A stretch of DNA of 64,000 nucleotides from Macrostomum lignano (lineage: Eukaryota). The notes below the pieces were generated by a model. The model saw nothing but the letters and a program-made list of their open reading frames with translations, was not told the DNA's origin and made no database searches. Both the position numbers and the translations under genes were made by a program. Below are positions 1 to 12,204 of this stretch, one piece after another. How positions within the stretch are numbered: position 1 is the stretch's first letter; every line of letters begins with the position of its first letter. Where the stretch lies: positions 62,001 through 126,000 of the forward strand of contig NIVC01001733.1 of assembly GCA_002269645.1 (NCBI GenBank), in the 5' to 3' direction.

Positions 1-1355
1 TGCTGGTGGTGCGTGACAGCTTGGCCTTGATGAACTTGCTGCAGCAGACGTTGCACCCGCTCTGCATCACGCTGAAGCAGGGTCAGCAGAAGATAGAAAT
101 TAAGCGCTTTCTCTCCACGCTTGTTGAGCTGCGCGTGCCAAGCCTCCACGGCATTGTTCGTCCTTGTGAACCGCTCAAAGACGCAAATGGCATCCCGGTC
201 CCACACAGGGTGCTGTAGCCAGGTTGCACGCACGTATTCCGTTTGCTCTAGAAGGCGCTGATTCTCTCCTGCCATTGCAGTGCAGGCTGCAAGGCCATCT
301 AGCATGCAAGGAGCCGGCAGACAAGGAATCGAAAGCAGCATGCGTACTAATAACTTTACCGCAGGGGAAGTCGCATACTGCACCTGCAATCCAAGAGACT
401 GGACTCGCCTGAAAACAGCCTGGCAGTAATGAAAAAAGCAGCCACGAACTTGGGCTGCTGGATAAACTAGCCGAATGGCTTGCCAGGCGGCCGACTCAAA
501 GTCGCAGATAAATTGGACAGGTGCATTACCAGTCAACTCCCATACCTGCCGGAAGCAGGCTTGGTAGTCAGCCTGAGCCTTACCTGACATCAGAAAGAAT
601 GCCAGTGGTACCAGACGCTCTTGATTGTCGCAGCGAATGGCTCCATGAAGGCTGTACAGCTGCATGAAAGGCGCCTTGACAATGCCGAATGTGCCATCGC
701 AGTGCAGAATGCGTCGTGTGGACAGGATCTCCCGTTGTATCGCAGACATGAAGACAAAGTGCCGTCCATTTGTCTCTGGCACAGTAACGTCCTGCAAATG
801 GAACTCTGGGGGCACGTGCTCGGGATCAACCTGAAAATGGATGTTAGCTGGCTCCGCGGGGCGGCTTTTTTTACGAGAATAATTAGCATTGCGACTTAAG
901 GAATCTATATTAATCACTGCCTGCACTTCTTGGGGGAGATCTCTTACTTTCTCCTCAGCGATGATGCGAGCAGATTTGAATGGCGCTCGCTTTGCTTCCG
1001 CTTTTACCTGAGCTGCAATACGTCGTTTTTTAACTGGCTGATCGACTGGATCGCAGGTGTGCTCTTTCAAGGCTTCAATGGTTCCGTCTTGTCGCTTGAC
1101 GGCTGAGCCCAGGCATTTCGGTGCAGTTTTGTTGCAACGGTAGTAAGTGTTGCCGTTTCGCCGGCTCTTGACATGCATCAAGCGGCCAAGATCACGCCTG
1201 ACGTACTGCACCAGCAAGTCTTTGCCGTGGCTGAATCCAGCACCTGGAAAATGCTCAAAAGCCTGCGGAGGTGGGCTACGAGGCGGCGCCAACTCTGCTG
1301 GAGGCTCGTGAATTGATTCTTCGAGCACAGGTTCAGCGTCAGCGAAATCGGGATA
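1..1355 (-). CDS. MULE (Mutator-like) DDE transposase with N-terminal FLYWCH-like zinc finger; open frame runs off the window edge
   Basis: Manual minus-strand translation is open from a splice acceptor (atttcag|TATCCC at 1355) to position 1. It contains YYRC..C..HxC (FLYWCH-like), LHCDGTF, FICDFE, RGCFFHYCQ and RTNNAVEAWH, the standard MULE catalytic motifs. Absent from the ORF track, probably because there is no stop inside the window. Confidence 0.9.
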
Positions 1356-1362
1356 CTGAAAT

Positions 1363-1960
1363 CTCCTCTCCTCTCCTCTCCTCTCCTCTCCTCTCCTCTC
1401 CTCTCCTCTCCTCTCCTCTCCTCTCCTCTCCTCTCCTCACCTATCTCCTCTCCTCTCCTCTCCTCTCCTCACCTCTCCTCTCCTCTCCTCTCCTCTCCTC
1501 TCCTCACCTATCTCCTCTCCTCTCCTCTCCTCTCCTCTCCTCTCCTCTCCTCTCCTCTCCTCTCCTCTCCTCTCCTCTCCTCTCCTCTCCTCACCTATCT
1601 CCTCTCCTCTCCTCTCCTCTCCTCTCCTCTCCTCTCCTCTCCTCACCTATCTCCTCTCCTCTCCTCTCCTCTCCTCTCCTCTCCTCTCCACTCTTCTCTG
1701 TTCTCTCCTCTCATCTCTCCTTTCTTATCATCTCCTCTCCTCTCTTAGCTCGTATCAGCTCTCATCTCCCTTTTCCTCTCCATTCTCTTCTCCCTTCCCT
1801 CGTTCTCTCCTCTCTCTTATATCTCGACTCTCCTCATTCATCTCCCCTCTCCTATTTTATCTCTTTTCTCGTCTACTCTCTTCTCCTTTATTCCTTAGCC
1901 TCTCCTTTCTCCTACGATCGTACTCGTATAGTTCTCTTCTCTATTCCCTATCCTCTCCCT
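1363..1960. repeat. (TCTCC)n microsatellite, pure to about 1690, then a degenerate CT-rich tract
   Basis: Direct reading; explains the SSPLL and RRGEE pseudo-ORFs. Confidence 0.97.
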
Positions 1961-3395
1961 TCTCTTGCCTGCAATCATCAGGGACTCCTGGGCACGTTTC
2001 GCTTAGGGGGCCCACGGAAGCAGACCCAGAAGGGCAGTCATTGCGCCACGCTAGGTTCTTAATCTGGCCCTTGAGGTAAAAAGTTTGCTGACCCCTGCAC
2101 TAAAAGCACTAGGCTTAGGCACATTAGATAAAACTGTAGTGAATGGGATTGAGAACAACATTAACTATTATATCAGCCCTTAGCTTCCAAGACTCAGAAA
2201 AGCCAAAGCCGAAAACCGGCCGACACTTGCTTAAAATTCAAAAAGGGCACTTGATGGATCATGCTAAAAAGTGGGGGGGGGGCTCCAGCCCCCCGTGACC
2301 CCTGGTTCCGACCACCCCTGACCTCGAGAGATGATTTCCTGATCCAATTTAGCTGTACAGAGCATGGGTATACATGTATCTATCACACAATGCGCATACT
2401 GTGTACCAGGTCAATCATTGCCAATTGATTGCATGGTAAATTAAAATCAAGTGTAGCGATATGACTGTCCGTCTGTTGTATGGTAGGGATCAGAACTGCA
2501 TGTTACATGCACGAGTATACACTGGTAGCCAATGTGATGTACAGTACAAATGTACAATTGTAGCTAATATTCGTTCAAATTATAGTTTTAGAACGTATTT
2601 TTTAATAAACAGGGAGAACATCCGAAATCAAAGTAAACGATTACTGTACATGTGATGTGCATGCATTTTCGTGCCATACATTTTGATTGTATTAAGAGCG
2701 ATTAGAGTAACTTTTGAGTGAGTGATCAGTGTGCAAGTGAGTGAGTGAGCGAGTAAGATACATGTAGAGGGTGAGAGAGTGAGTGAGTTAGTGATTGAGT
2801 GATTTAAAGTGAGCATGAAAGCTGCTTATAACAGGCCTCGTACAACTCGATCGAGGCCCAGCTCGTACAAATCACGGACTACTTTAGTGTCGTTTTTATA
2901 GGAAGCCTGTACATGTACACGTAATAAAAACGGTATGGCTGCACGACTCACCATCCCGTAACCTCTAAATACAAGTGCATGTTAGCCTGCCTGCCTGCGA
3001 TCGAATTGGCAAATTTGCATTGGCAATCGGACATGCTCGAATCACACATGAAAACTCACATTATAACAAATTATAACAATGATAACCAACTCAAGGACCA
3101 CATTCGAAACTGCGAATTAAGAATGCAGTTAAGTCAAGAGCCTTTTTTCACAGCTTTCTACTAATAGTAGCTGTTTATTTAGGATTGATAGTTCCTTTAC
3201 AATTCAAATTGAATGAAAAAACGAGGAGGGCTCACTCAGGTCCGCCCGGCCCGCTCACCGGTTCCTCTCTCGCGGCCTTGTCGTCCCCATCTCACCCCTC
3301 CCCCAGCACCATCCAATAACATGGCGAGCCAAATTCCTCCCCCTAGCTCCCCCAAGTGTGGCGGTCTTGGTGTGTGGCGGTCTTGGTCCTACACC

Positions 3396-3559
3396 GTACA
3401 CTTTACTGCGCCTTGGGGGGTTGGCTCTCAAGGCCATTAATTGCATGAGCAGAGCCAAGCCAAGATTCCAATTCAGCCCCAAATTAATATGACTGCACTT
3501 GGAATCAAGCCTGGGTCGCTGGCACACCAGAGCAGCTGCGCTATCGCTGGGCTACGGCC
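3396..3559 (-). mobile_element. tRNA-derived SINE, copy 1
   Basis: Reverse complement aligns over about 160 bp with 36438-36600; the head carries A-box-like TAGCCCAGCG and B-box-like GGCTTGATTCC. Confidence 0.75.
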
Positions 3560-3590
3560 CCCCTAATCTTTTCCCATTGATTTTATTATA

Positions 3591-4566
3591 CGAGGGGTGT
3601 CCAAAAAGTAGTGATACTTTCAACCGTAGCTCTCGTTCTATAGTTTCCTGTGATTTAAAATTTTATGAACTGATAGTGGCAAATCTCTTCTACAGACTGC
3701 TTTTTGAATTTTTAAAATTGATACCAGAGAACAAAAGTTATACCCACAAAAGTAACGATACCTGTACCATAAAGTTACACAAACTTTATCAAAATTTATG
3801 ATAATCAACTTCTGCACTTATTCATTAAGAAGGCATTGATAAATGTCTTGTTTAAGCAATACCAAAGCCCAATTGCAGACTGACTGAAATTTGTCTGTGG
3901 ACAGAATCATGCGCAGAAAAATAAAGCATTAAATGCATTACTTTACTTGCAAACAGAGGAGCTTGCATTTTGCAATTCATTCATGATTTCATTGCCTATA
4001 CTCAACAACACACATGGATGTGCACTCAGTTGTTGCTCAGCAAAGTACTATCTTCACTCTTTGGGGTGCTGGCCATAGTGCCTCAGAAATTCATGCAAAA
4101 CTTTGCTCTGCGCACGGATCCTCTGCAGTCAGCAAAATGATAGTTTATGGATGGATGGAGCAGTTCAGCGAGGGAAGGACTGACTTGGCAGATCAGCATC
4201 GGATGGGGCGGCCATACGTTCATCGACCTGATGTACTGGCGGACTCCATTCTGAATCTTCTTGACAAGGACTCCCGAATGACCTTTAGAGAGATCGCTGA
4301 TAGGTTGGACAAGCCGAAATCAACAATTCATCGAAGCTTACTCGGCATGGATCTCATGAAGCTCAGCCTATAATTTGTGTAACTCTATGATACAGGTACT
4401 GTTACTTTCATGGGTATAACTTTTGTTCTCTGGTATCAATTTTAAAAATTAAAAAAGCAGTCTGTAGAAGAGATTTGCCACTATCAGTTCATAAAATTTT
4501 AAATCACAGGAAACTATAGAACAAGAGCTACAGTTAAAAGTATCACTACTTTTTGGACACCCCTTG
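3591..4566 (+). mobile_element. Internally deleted mariner (Tc1/mariner) element with roughly 200-bp TIRs and TA target site
   Basis: TA|CGAGGGGTGTCCAAAAAGT at the left and ACTTTTTGGACACCCCTTG|TA at the right; the inverted match extends about 200 bp. Internal ORF 4014-4373 encodes only the mariner N-terminal HTH region (SASEIHAKL..VYGWMEQFSEGR..D..RMGRP), with no DDD domain. Confidence 0.9.
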
Positions 4567-4699
4567 TAATACCAGTTACTAGGCCTCCCAGTTTATCTAT
4601 TGGCAATGCATATATTTATCTGGAGTAGTGCTGCTGTAGATAGCCATTCACTGGGATAAGGTCACTGGCCTAGATGAATGAAACTGGACATAATGTCAG

Positions 4700-5070
4700 A
4701 GTTGCCATTTGGAATTCCGCATTTATTCTTTACTCGGCAACTATCAACAGACAAAGCGTGCACTACCTTGATATTGTGCCAACCAAGGACCTAATGACTC
4801 GTGCTGGTGTTCTTCTGCTTAGCTGCACTATCCATAAACGCTGTTAGATATTACTTGGCCACTGTCTAAGAAGCCACAGCTGCGGCAAGCAAAATCCTCT
4901 GGCACTGGCTCTCCTGCATCAGCCTACTGAGCGCTACTGAGCGCTTCGGCCAAAGCCGAAGTGTGACACTAAATGATACATTTCTAACTGACTTGCAGGC
5001 CATCAGGCTCAGCTCCTAGTCTGCCATGACTTGCCCCTCTTGGTTGTTCTGCTAATGTGTCCACACAGTC
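4700..5070 (+). mobile_element. Degraded RTE-type LINE 3' fragment
   Basis: Translates to TKDLMTRAGV..LS.TIHKRC*ILLGHCLR..LALALLHQP..RFGQSRSVT..D, resembling the RTE C-terminal RRL..GH..R / R..GR..T..D pattern; in-frame TAG stops. Confidence 0.5.
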
Positions 5071-6256
5071 TAGCTAGATCTCTCTTTGTCTATGCTACTC
5101 TCTATGTATCTACTAGTAATGTATATACATAGGCCTATACTATATTTTTGGCCTGAGTGGTCTTATGGTATTGTCTATCCTTATACTCCTCTAAAGAATT
5201 TTATTCTCTCAGTCCTGGGTGTTCCTAAGATCAGAAGGTCACAGCTTATTTGCTAGGTATTCTACCCTAAGGCGGGTTTCTTAGACCTTAGGATTACTCT
5301 AGGCCTACCCTATGGTAGGATTTCTGCCTCCTAAAGGCAATTTCTTAGATTCTAAATCTAGATACCTTGTTTTCTAGGAATGGATTAAATTCTTCCAATC
5401 TTGGGGCTACTTCTAAATCACTAGGCTTACCTACTACTCGAAATAAGTAGCATGAGCAGATATAAGCCCTGAGGCTGATTGAGTTCCATTTATAACTTTT
5501 AAAGCTCAAAGGCAAGGAAAGAAAAAAATAATACAAGGAAACTTATCACAATTTATTTGGTTTAATCTTTAGCTGTCTCCTATTTATACTAAAATTTCCT
5601 TAGCTATTTAATTTAAAACAGATGACAAGATATAAAACATATAAAATATGCATAATATTTTTAATATTCATATATTATAACATATAATTTAACAATGTGA
5701 TATTTCTAGGAAAGTGATTTATCAATAAACAAAGCCTATTTTAATATAAATAAATGAAAATTTATTGCAGTTGGGCTTATATCATTGATAGTTTTAAATT
5801 TATATTTTAGGCCAATTTTGTATGAATATTAATATTATATATATTTATAAGGCCTATTATAAAAATATTCTAGCTAAGAAGCCTCTTTGGTACACAAAGG
5901 TCATAAATCTAATCTAAGTTAGGCCTAATATAATTTAAAGCTAATTTTGATTTGTTTAATTAAATAAGTTAAGCAGCTAAAATCTATTTTTTTATTTTTT
6001 CAACTTTGGTTTAACTTTAAGCCTATCAAAAGACCTATAAGTTTTAATTCTAGCTTTATATAACACTTCTTTCTTTTGTTTTATTTGATTTAAATATAAC
6101 TTTAAAAACATTAAATTATATTGTTTAATTCTTTTTTATTGCCTAGGCCTATTTTTTTAATTCCTACCTTTTTCTATAAAATAACAAGTTTTGGTTTATA
6201 ATACTTGAAATATTATAAGCTCATATTGCTAGATTATCACTAGGCACTAAGAAGTT

Positions 6257-6870
6257 CTAGAATGTGGGAAATGGGGAAGTTCCAGAATGTGGAAAGTGGA
6301 GAAGTTCCAGAATGTGAGGGGTAGGGAAGTTCCAGAATGTGAGGGGTGGGGAAGTTCCAGAATGTGAGGGGTGGGGAAGTTCCAGAATGCGATGGGTGGG
6401 GGAAGTTCCAGAATGTGGAAAGTGGGGAAGTTCCAGAATGCGATGGGTGGGGAAGTTCCAGAATGCGATGGGTGGGGGAAGTTCCAGAATGTGGAAAGTG
6501 GGGAAGTTGCAGAATGCGATGGGTGGGGAAGTTCCAGAATGTGGAAAGTGGGGAAGTTCCAGAATGCGATGGGTGGGGAAGTTCCAGAATGCGATGGGTG
6601 GGGAAGTTCCAGAATGCGATGGGTGGGGAAGTTCCAGAATGTGATGGGTGGGGAAGTTCCAGAATGCGATGGGTGGGGAAGTTCCAGAATGTGATGGGTG
6701 GGGAAGTTCCAGAATGCGATGGGTGGGGAAGTTCCAGAATGCGATGCGTGGGGAAGTTCCAGAATGCGATGGGTGGGGAAGTTCCAGAATGCGATGGGTG
6801 GGGAAGTTCCAGAATGCGATAGGTGGGGGAAGTTCCAGAATGTGGAAAGTGGAGAAGTTCCAGAATGTGG
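6257..6870. repeat. 25-bp G-rich minisatellite (GGGGAAGTTCCAGAATGCGATGGGT), about 24 copies
   Basis: Direct reading; source of the GGEVPECDG pseudo-ORFs. Confidence 0.95.
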
Positions 6871-6934
6871 GCAGTCGGGTAGTTTCAGAACGTGGTAAAA
6901 GTGTAGGTCATGTTTGGGCGCAACCTAGGGATTC

Positions 6935-7056
6935 ACTCGGCCGTTTCTATTGGCAACACACACATGTAAGTCGCTATTGGACGGAATAGTAGTCACGTGA
7001 TTGCTCTCAGCCAATAGCGACTTACATGTGTGTGTTGCTAATAGAAACGGCCGGGT
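6935..7056. repeat. Inverted repeat: 46-bp arms with 2 mismatches and a 30-nt spacer
   Basis: ACTCGGCCGTTTCTATTGGCAACACACACATGTAAGTCGCTATTGG (6935-6980) pairs with CCAATAGCGACTTACATGTGTGTGTTGCTAATAGAAACGGCCGGGT (7011-7056). Confidence 0.92.
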
Positions 7057-7151
7057 GATTTCCAAGGTTGCGCATGTATGGTGTAGGTGAATTTCAAGAA
7101 TCTGAGGGTCTAAATGCCGGGAATTAATTTTTATGCATATCTTTTCAGTAA

Positions 7152-8501
<1,350 letters not shown>

Positions 8502-8605
8502 CATACGTTTAAGATCATGTTTTCAATACTGTTTATATTGTTTTAGTGTTTAGCCTTTCCGCTTCCAAATAATCCGCTTGTATAATTAACTCCATGAATT
8601 CACGG

Positions 8606-9428
8606 GAAGGGTAGGGGATTTCCAGAAACGTGGGGAGTGTAGGGGATTTCCAGAAACGTGGGGAGTGTAGGGGATTTCCAGAAACGTGGGGAGTGTAGGG
8701 GATTTCCAGAAACGTGGGGAGTGTAGGGGATTTCCAGAAACGTGGGGAGTGTAGGGGATTTCCAGAAACGTGGGGAGTGTAGGGGATTTCCAGAAACGTG
8801 GGGAGTGTAGGGGATTTCCAGAAACGTGGGGAGTGTAGGGGATTTCCAGAAACGTGGGGAGTGTAGGGGATTTCCAGAAACGTGGGGAGTGTAGGGGATT
8901 TCCAGAAACGTGGGGAGTGTAGGGGATTTCCAGAAACGTGGGGAGTGTAGGGGATTTCCAGAAACGTGGGGAGTGTAGGGGATTTCCAGAAACGTGGGGA
9001 GTGTAGGGGATTTCCAGAAACGTGGGGAGTTTAGGGGATTTCCAGAAACGTGGGGAGTGTAGGGGATTTCCAGAAACGTGGGGAGTGTAGGGGATTTCCA
9101 GAAACGTGGGGAGTGTAGGGGATTTCCAGAAACGTGGGGAGTGTAGGGGATTTCCAGAAACGTGGGGAGTGTAGGGGATTTCCAGAAACGTGGGGAGTGT
9201 AGGGGATTTCCAGAAACGTGGGGAGTGTAGGGGATTTCCAGAAACGTGGGGAGTGTAGGGGATTTCCAGAAACGTGGGGAGTGTAGGGGATTTCCAGAAA
9301 CGTGGGGAGTGTAGGGGATTTCCAGAAACGTGGGGAGTGTAGGGGATTTCCAGAAACGTGGGGAGTGTAGGGGATTTCCAGAAACGTGGGGAGTGTAGGG
9401 GATTTCCAGAAACGTGGGGAGTGTAGGG
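8606..9428. repeat. 28-bp minisatellite (GGGGATTTCCAGAAACGTGGGGAGTGTA), about 29 near-identical copies
   Basis: Direct reading; period confirmed by the 28-aa periodicity of the pseudo-ORF. Confidence 0.97.
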
Positions 9429-9929
9429 AAATGAAACCGGGCTCTACAGCCATAAACAAGCAGCGGCTCTCGGTCACTGGAGCGGCTGGCCAGACGGATT
9501 TCCATCAAATGTTCACACTGTTTACTGCTTTGCATTTCCTCTTTACAATATACTAATTAGTAAACTAATGCTCAATGCTACGAGTTATCGATAAAAGTAA
9601 AGTAGTTTGATATTTGGCTATAAATTTTTTACATGTATTTTTCGTCTTCGGCCGCGCCTGTGTCGCAGAATGTCTGAGAAACAAAATAAAATTTGCATCG
9701 CAGTGAATGGAGATCTGTCAGATTGTGGCTCCTCATCAGAGTGATACACCGTTGTCCGCTGTACATGTAGCACACCAACTACTAACGCGGAGAAGCCAAT
9801 ATCGCAGTGTTTGACAATGACGCGGCGTACCACGAGCTCTAATCTTTAATGCTGCACGGCTTTAGATGTAAAGACGCAAAGAAGCAAATACGCTTCTTCA
9901 GGCCCTTCCCTCCAAAATAGCTTGAGAGA

Positions 9930-10086
9930 ACATATTGCGCCCCCTAAACTAGATTTTTCGCCCCCTACACGCATTTTTTGCACCCCCTAGCTTAAAAATT
10001 GGCGCCCCTTATACATGTACACGTTTTGGCGCCCCAAACTTGGACCGCCCCCCCCCCCCCCAAATGAAACTCTAAATCCGCCACTG
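9930..10086. mobile_element. Probable end of a small non-autonomous DNA element (GCGCCCC subrepeats, CCGCCACTG terminus)
   Basis: Repeated (G)CGCCCC motifs followed by a C-run and TAAATCCGCCACTG; the partner end was not located. Confidence 0.35.
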
Positions 10087-10859
10087 TGCATGTGCTAAAT
10101 AATTGTCTAAAATCCTTGCTGCAACCGAGTAGTGATGGAGGACTCGTCTACTGCTGTGGATCGAGTCATTTCATTTATATGATACATACGAGTATATACA
10201 CTTGGCTTATGTGGAAAAGGCAAAGCTGGCTGGTAAGCCAAGAAAGAAATAAATGGTACGTAACTTGGGAGCCAAGACTCCTCAAAAAACGCAAAATCTA
10301 CGCTCGTACGCTCGTATGATTATTTCATCTGGTAGAAACATCATTGTCATTCCTTTAAATTTTTAATTGTGATATCTTGTAAATACATGTAATACACGAG
10401 CGCACGACTCTAATCTCTCACTGCGTCAGCTTATTGGTTCTACCTTGACAACATTGTAATGAACTGAATTTATAAACTAACTCGGTTTCCATGTTGATGA
10501 GATGAAAAAATCTCATATTTGATCAAATTAGCTATCAAGATTTCAATGAGATAGCTCGATCGCTATTGAATTTTCCTTTAATAACTAAAAACAAACTACA
10601 ACGAAACAAAATGCTCAACAAAGTACACGGAGGACAAGAAATTACTCAAATGCATCTTACTGAAAAAAGTAAAACTACACCTAACAAAGATTCAAGAGCA
10701 GCATTGGCACAAAAGGGGATGCGCGGTAGCAACCCGCATTAAGAAAGCAAACAGCGATAGAAAATAGGAAAAAATATTAGGAAAACCAATTTTCTCCATT
10801 TTTGACACTTTCATTTCAAATTTCAAAAACCGGACTGGACTGGGCTGCTAGCTCATGAC

Positions 10860-11050
10860 AGTCCACCTATACTAACTTTGCACTGCTTGTCTCTGTAATT
10901 GATTTTTCGAGAACCGTTCGGCAGATTTGTTTTCAAATTAGCTTTGAATATTGGCGGTCATGCATAACTTTTTTTGATGAAAAATTTAAGGGGAAACGTG
11001 TCAAAAATTCGAAAAACGTCTTTTAATGCTTTCAATAATAGGCGCTCGGT
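10860..11050 (+). mobile_element. Interspersed repeat (DINE/HINE-like body), CpG-retaining copy
   Basis: Aligns with 17900-18115 (GATTTTTCGAGAACCG..TTTTCAAATTAGCTTT..ATAACTTTTTTTGATGA..TAGGCGCTC). The family assignment is an inference. Confidence 0.55.
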
Positions 11051-11227
11051 GGTCATGTTACGAAATTACTATAGTGAAAAAAGATTACTTTTTGAGACTA
11101 AGCGAAACGCAAGTTATCGATAAAAATAAATACAATGCTAATAAACATAATTATTGCAGCACCATAGGCAAAAAGTTTGATTGCTCATTGCAGCAATAGT
11201 ACGAGCCAGTACAGAAATCTGAGTCAA

Positions 11228-12200
11228 TTAAAGAAAAACTCCCTCTTGCACATTTTCTTCATCTGTACTGCAGTCGCTCTCGTCAGTCGATTGCTCAGTA
11301 GATAGTTCGCAGCTGAGCTCATTCGATGCTTGACCAAACTCGAGCAGATTAGTATCTCCAACAGTATCAGGAAAGGCCATAACATGCTGGAGCAAAAGAC
11401 GCCGTAGCCCACTAGCGCGACGAAACAAGAAGAAGTTCTCAGGAGAATTATCTCCAGAAGTAGCTGCAGCTTCAGAACGACTAATTGCATCTACGAAAAA
11501 CCTTGTCACCCGGCTTGCTTCAGCGTGCACAATCGATTCTTCCTCGGCGCAGCGAAGAATCGTGTGACGTAGCCGCACACCGGCAATCATCTGTGCCTTT
11601 TCTGCATCAGGTGTAAAGCTAGTGAATGGCAAAGTAAAGCCAGGCGAATCCGGAAACTCAAATGAGCTAAAATCCAGAACTTCAAGCCCATCGTTGATAG
11701 TTCTGTTGTAGTCGTCAATGAGCTTCCTACTTCGCTTCAATGAGGAATTACACGCTCGGCGAAATTGCTTTTGCAACTTCTGCCCAGACATCTGACTGAC
11801 CCGGTTAGCATAGTACTGACGCTCAGAAGCTTCATTGTACAATTGCTGCAGAGTTCCGATCAACTCTGAAGCATCCACCGGGAAAGTAATGTCTTCTCGC
11901 AGAAATTCTTCCCACTGAACAGAACGCTGCTCAAAGTTTTCGCGCGTCAAGCCTAATAAGTTGATAAGAGGAAAATCACTGGTAGACAAACATGAAATGA
12001 AAAACTAATTCAAAGATATTTGTATTGGAGATATGTCCAATTGACTTCAGCAATGAATAATTTTTTTTAAATTCATGTAAATAATGCAATTTACCTTCGA
12101 TCTTTGAGCATAAGCACTTGATATCCTGTTCAGCTTCTCTGGCCTTCTTTTCTTTCAAACGCAGCCTGTCCTTAAGCCACGTGGCTAAAACGTCGTTAGA
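11228..12200 (-). CDS. Probable C-terminal exons of a KDZ (Kyakuja-Dileera-Zisupton)-type transposase; exons about 12200-12095 and 11952-11228
   Basis: A phase-1 splice (GAAG|gtaaat..ttattag|GC) joins LATWLKDRL..KIEG to LTRENFEQRSVQWEEF..LRCAEEESIVHAEASR, resembling the helical C-terminus of KDZ transposases. No catalytic exons are visible upstream, where a minisatellite and an AT-rich block lie. Confidence 0.5.
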
Positions 12201-12204
12201 TTTC

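Noticed and set aside
1271-2062. 263-aa SSPLL-repeat ORF
   Set aside because: Translation of the (TCTCC)n microsatellite plus the antisense of the MULE exon.
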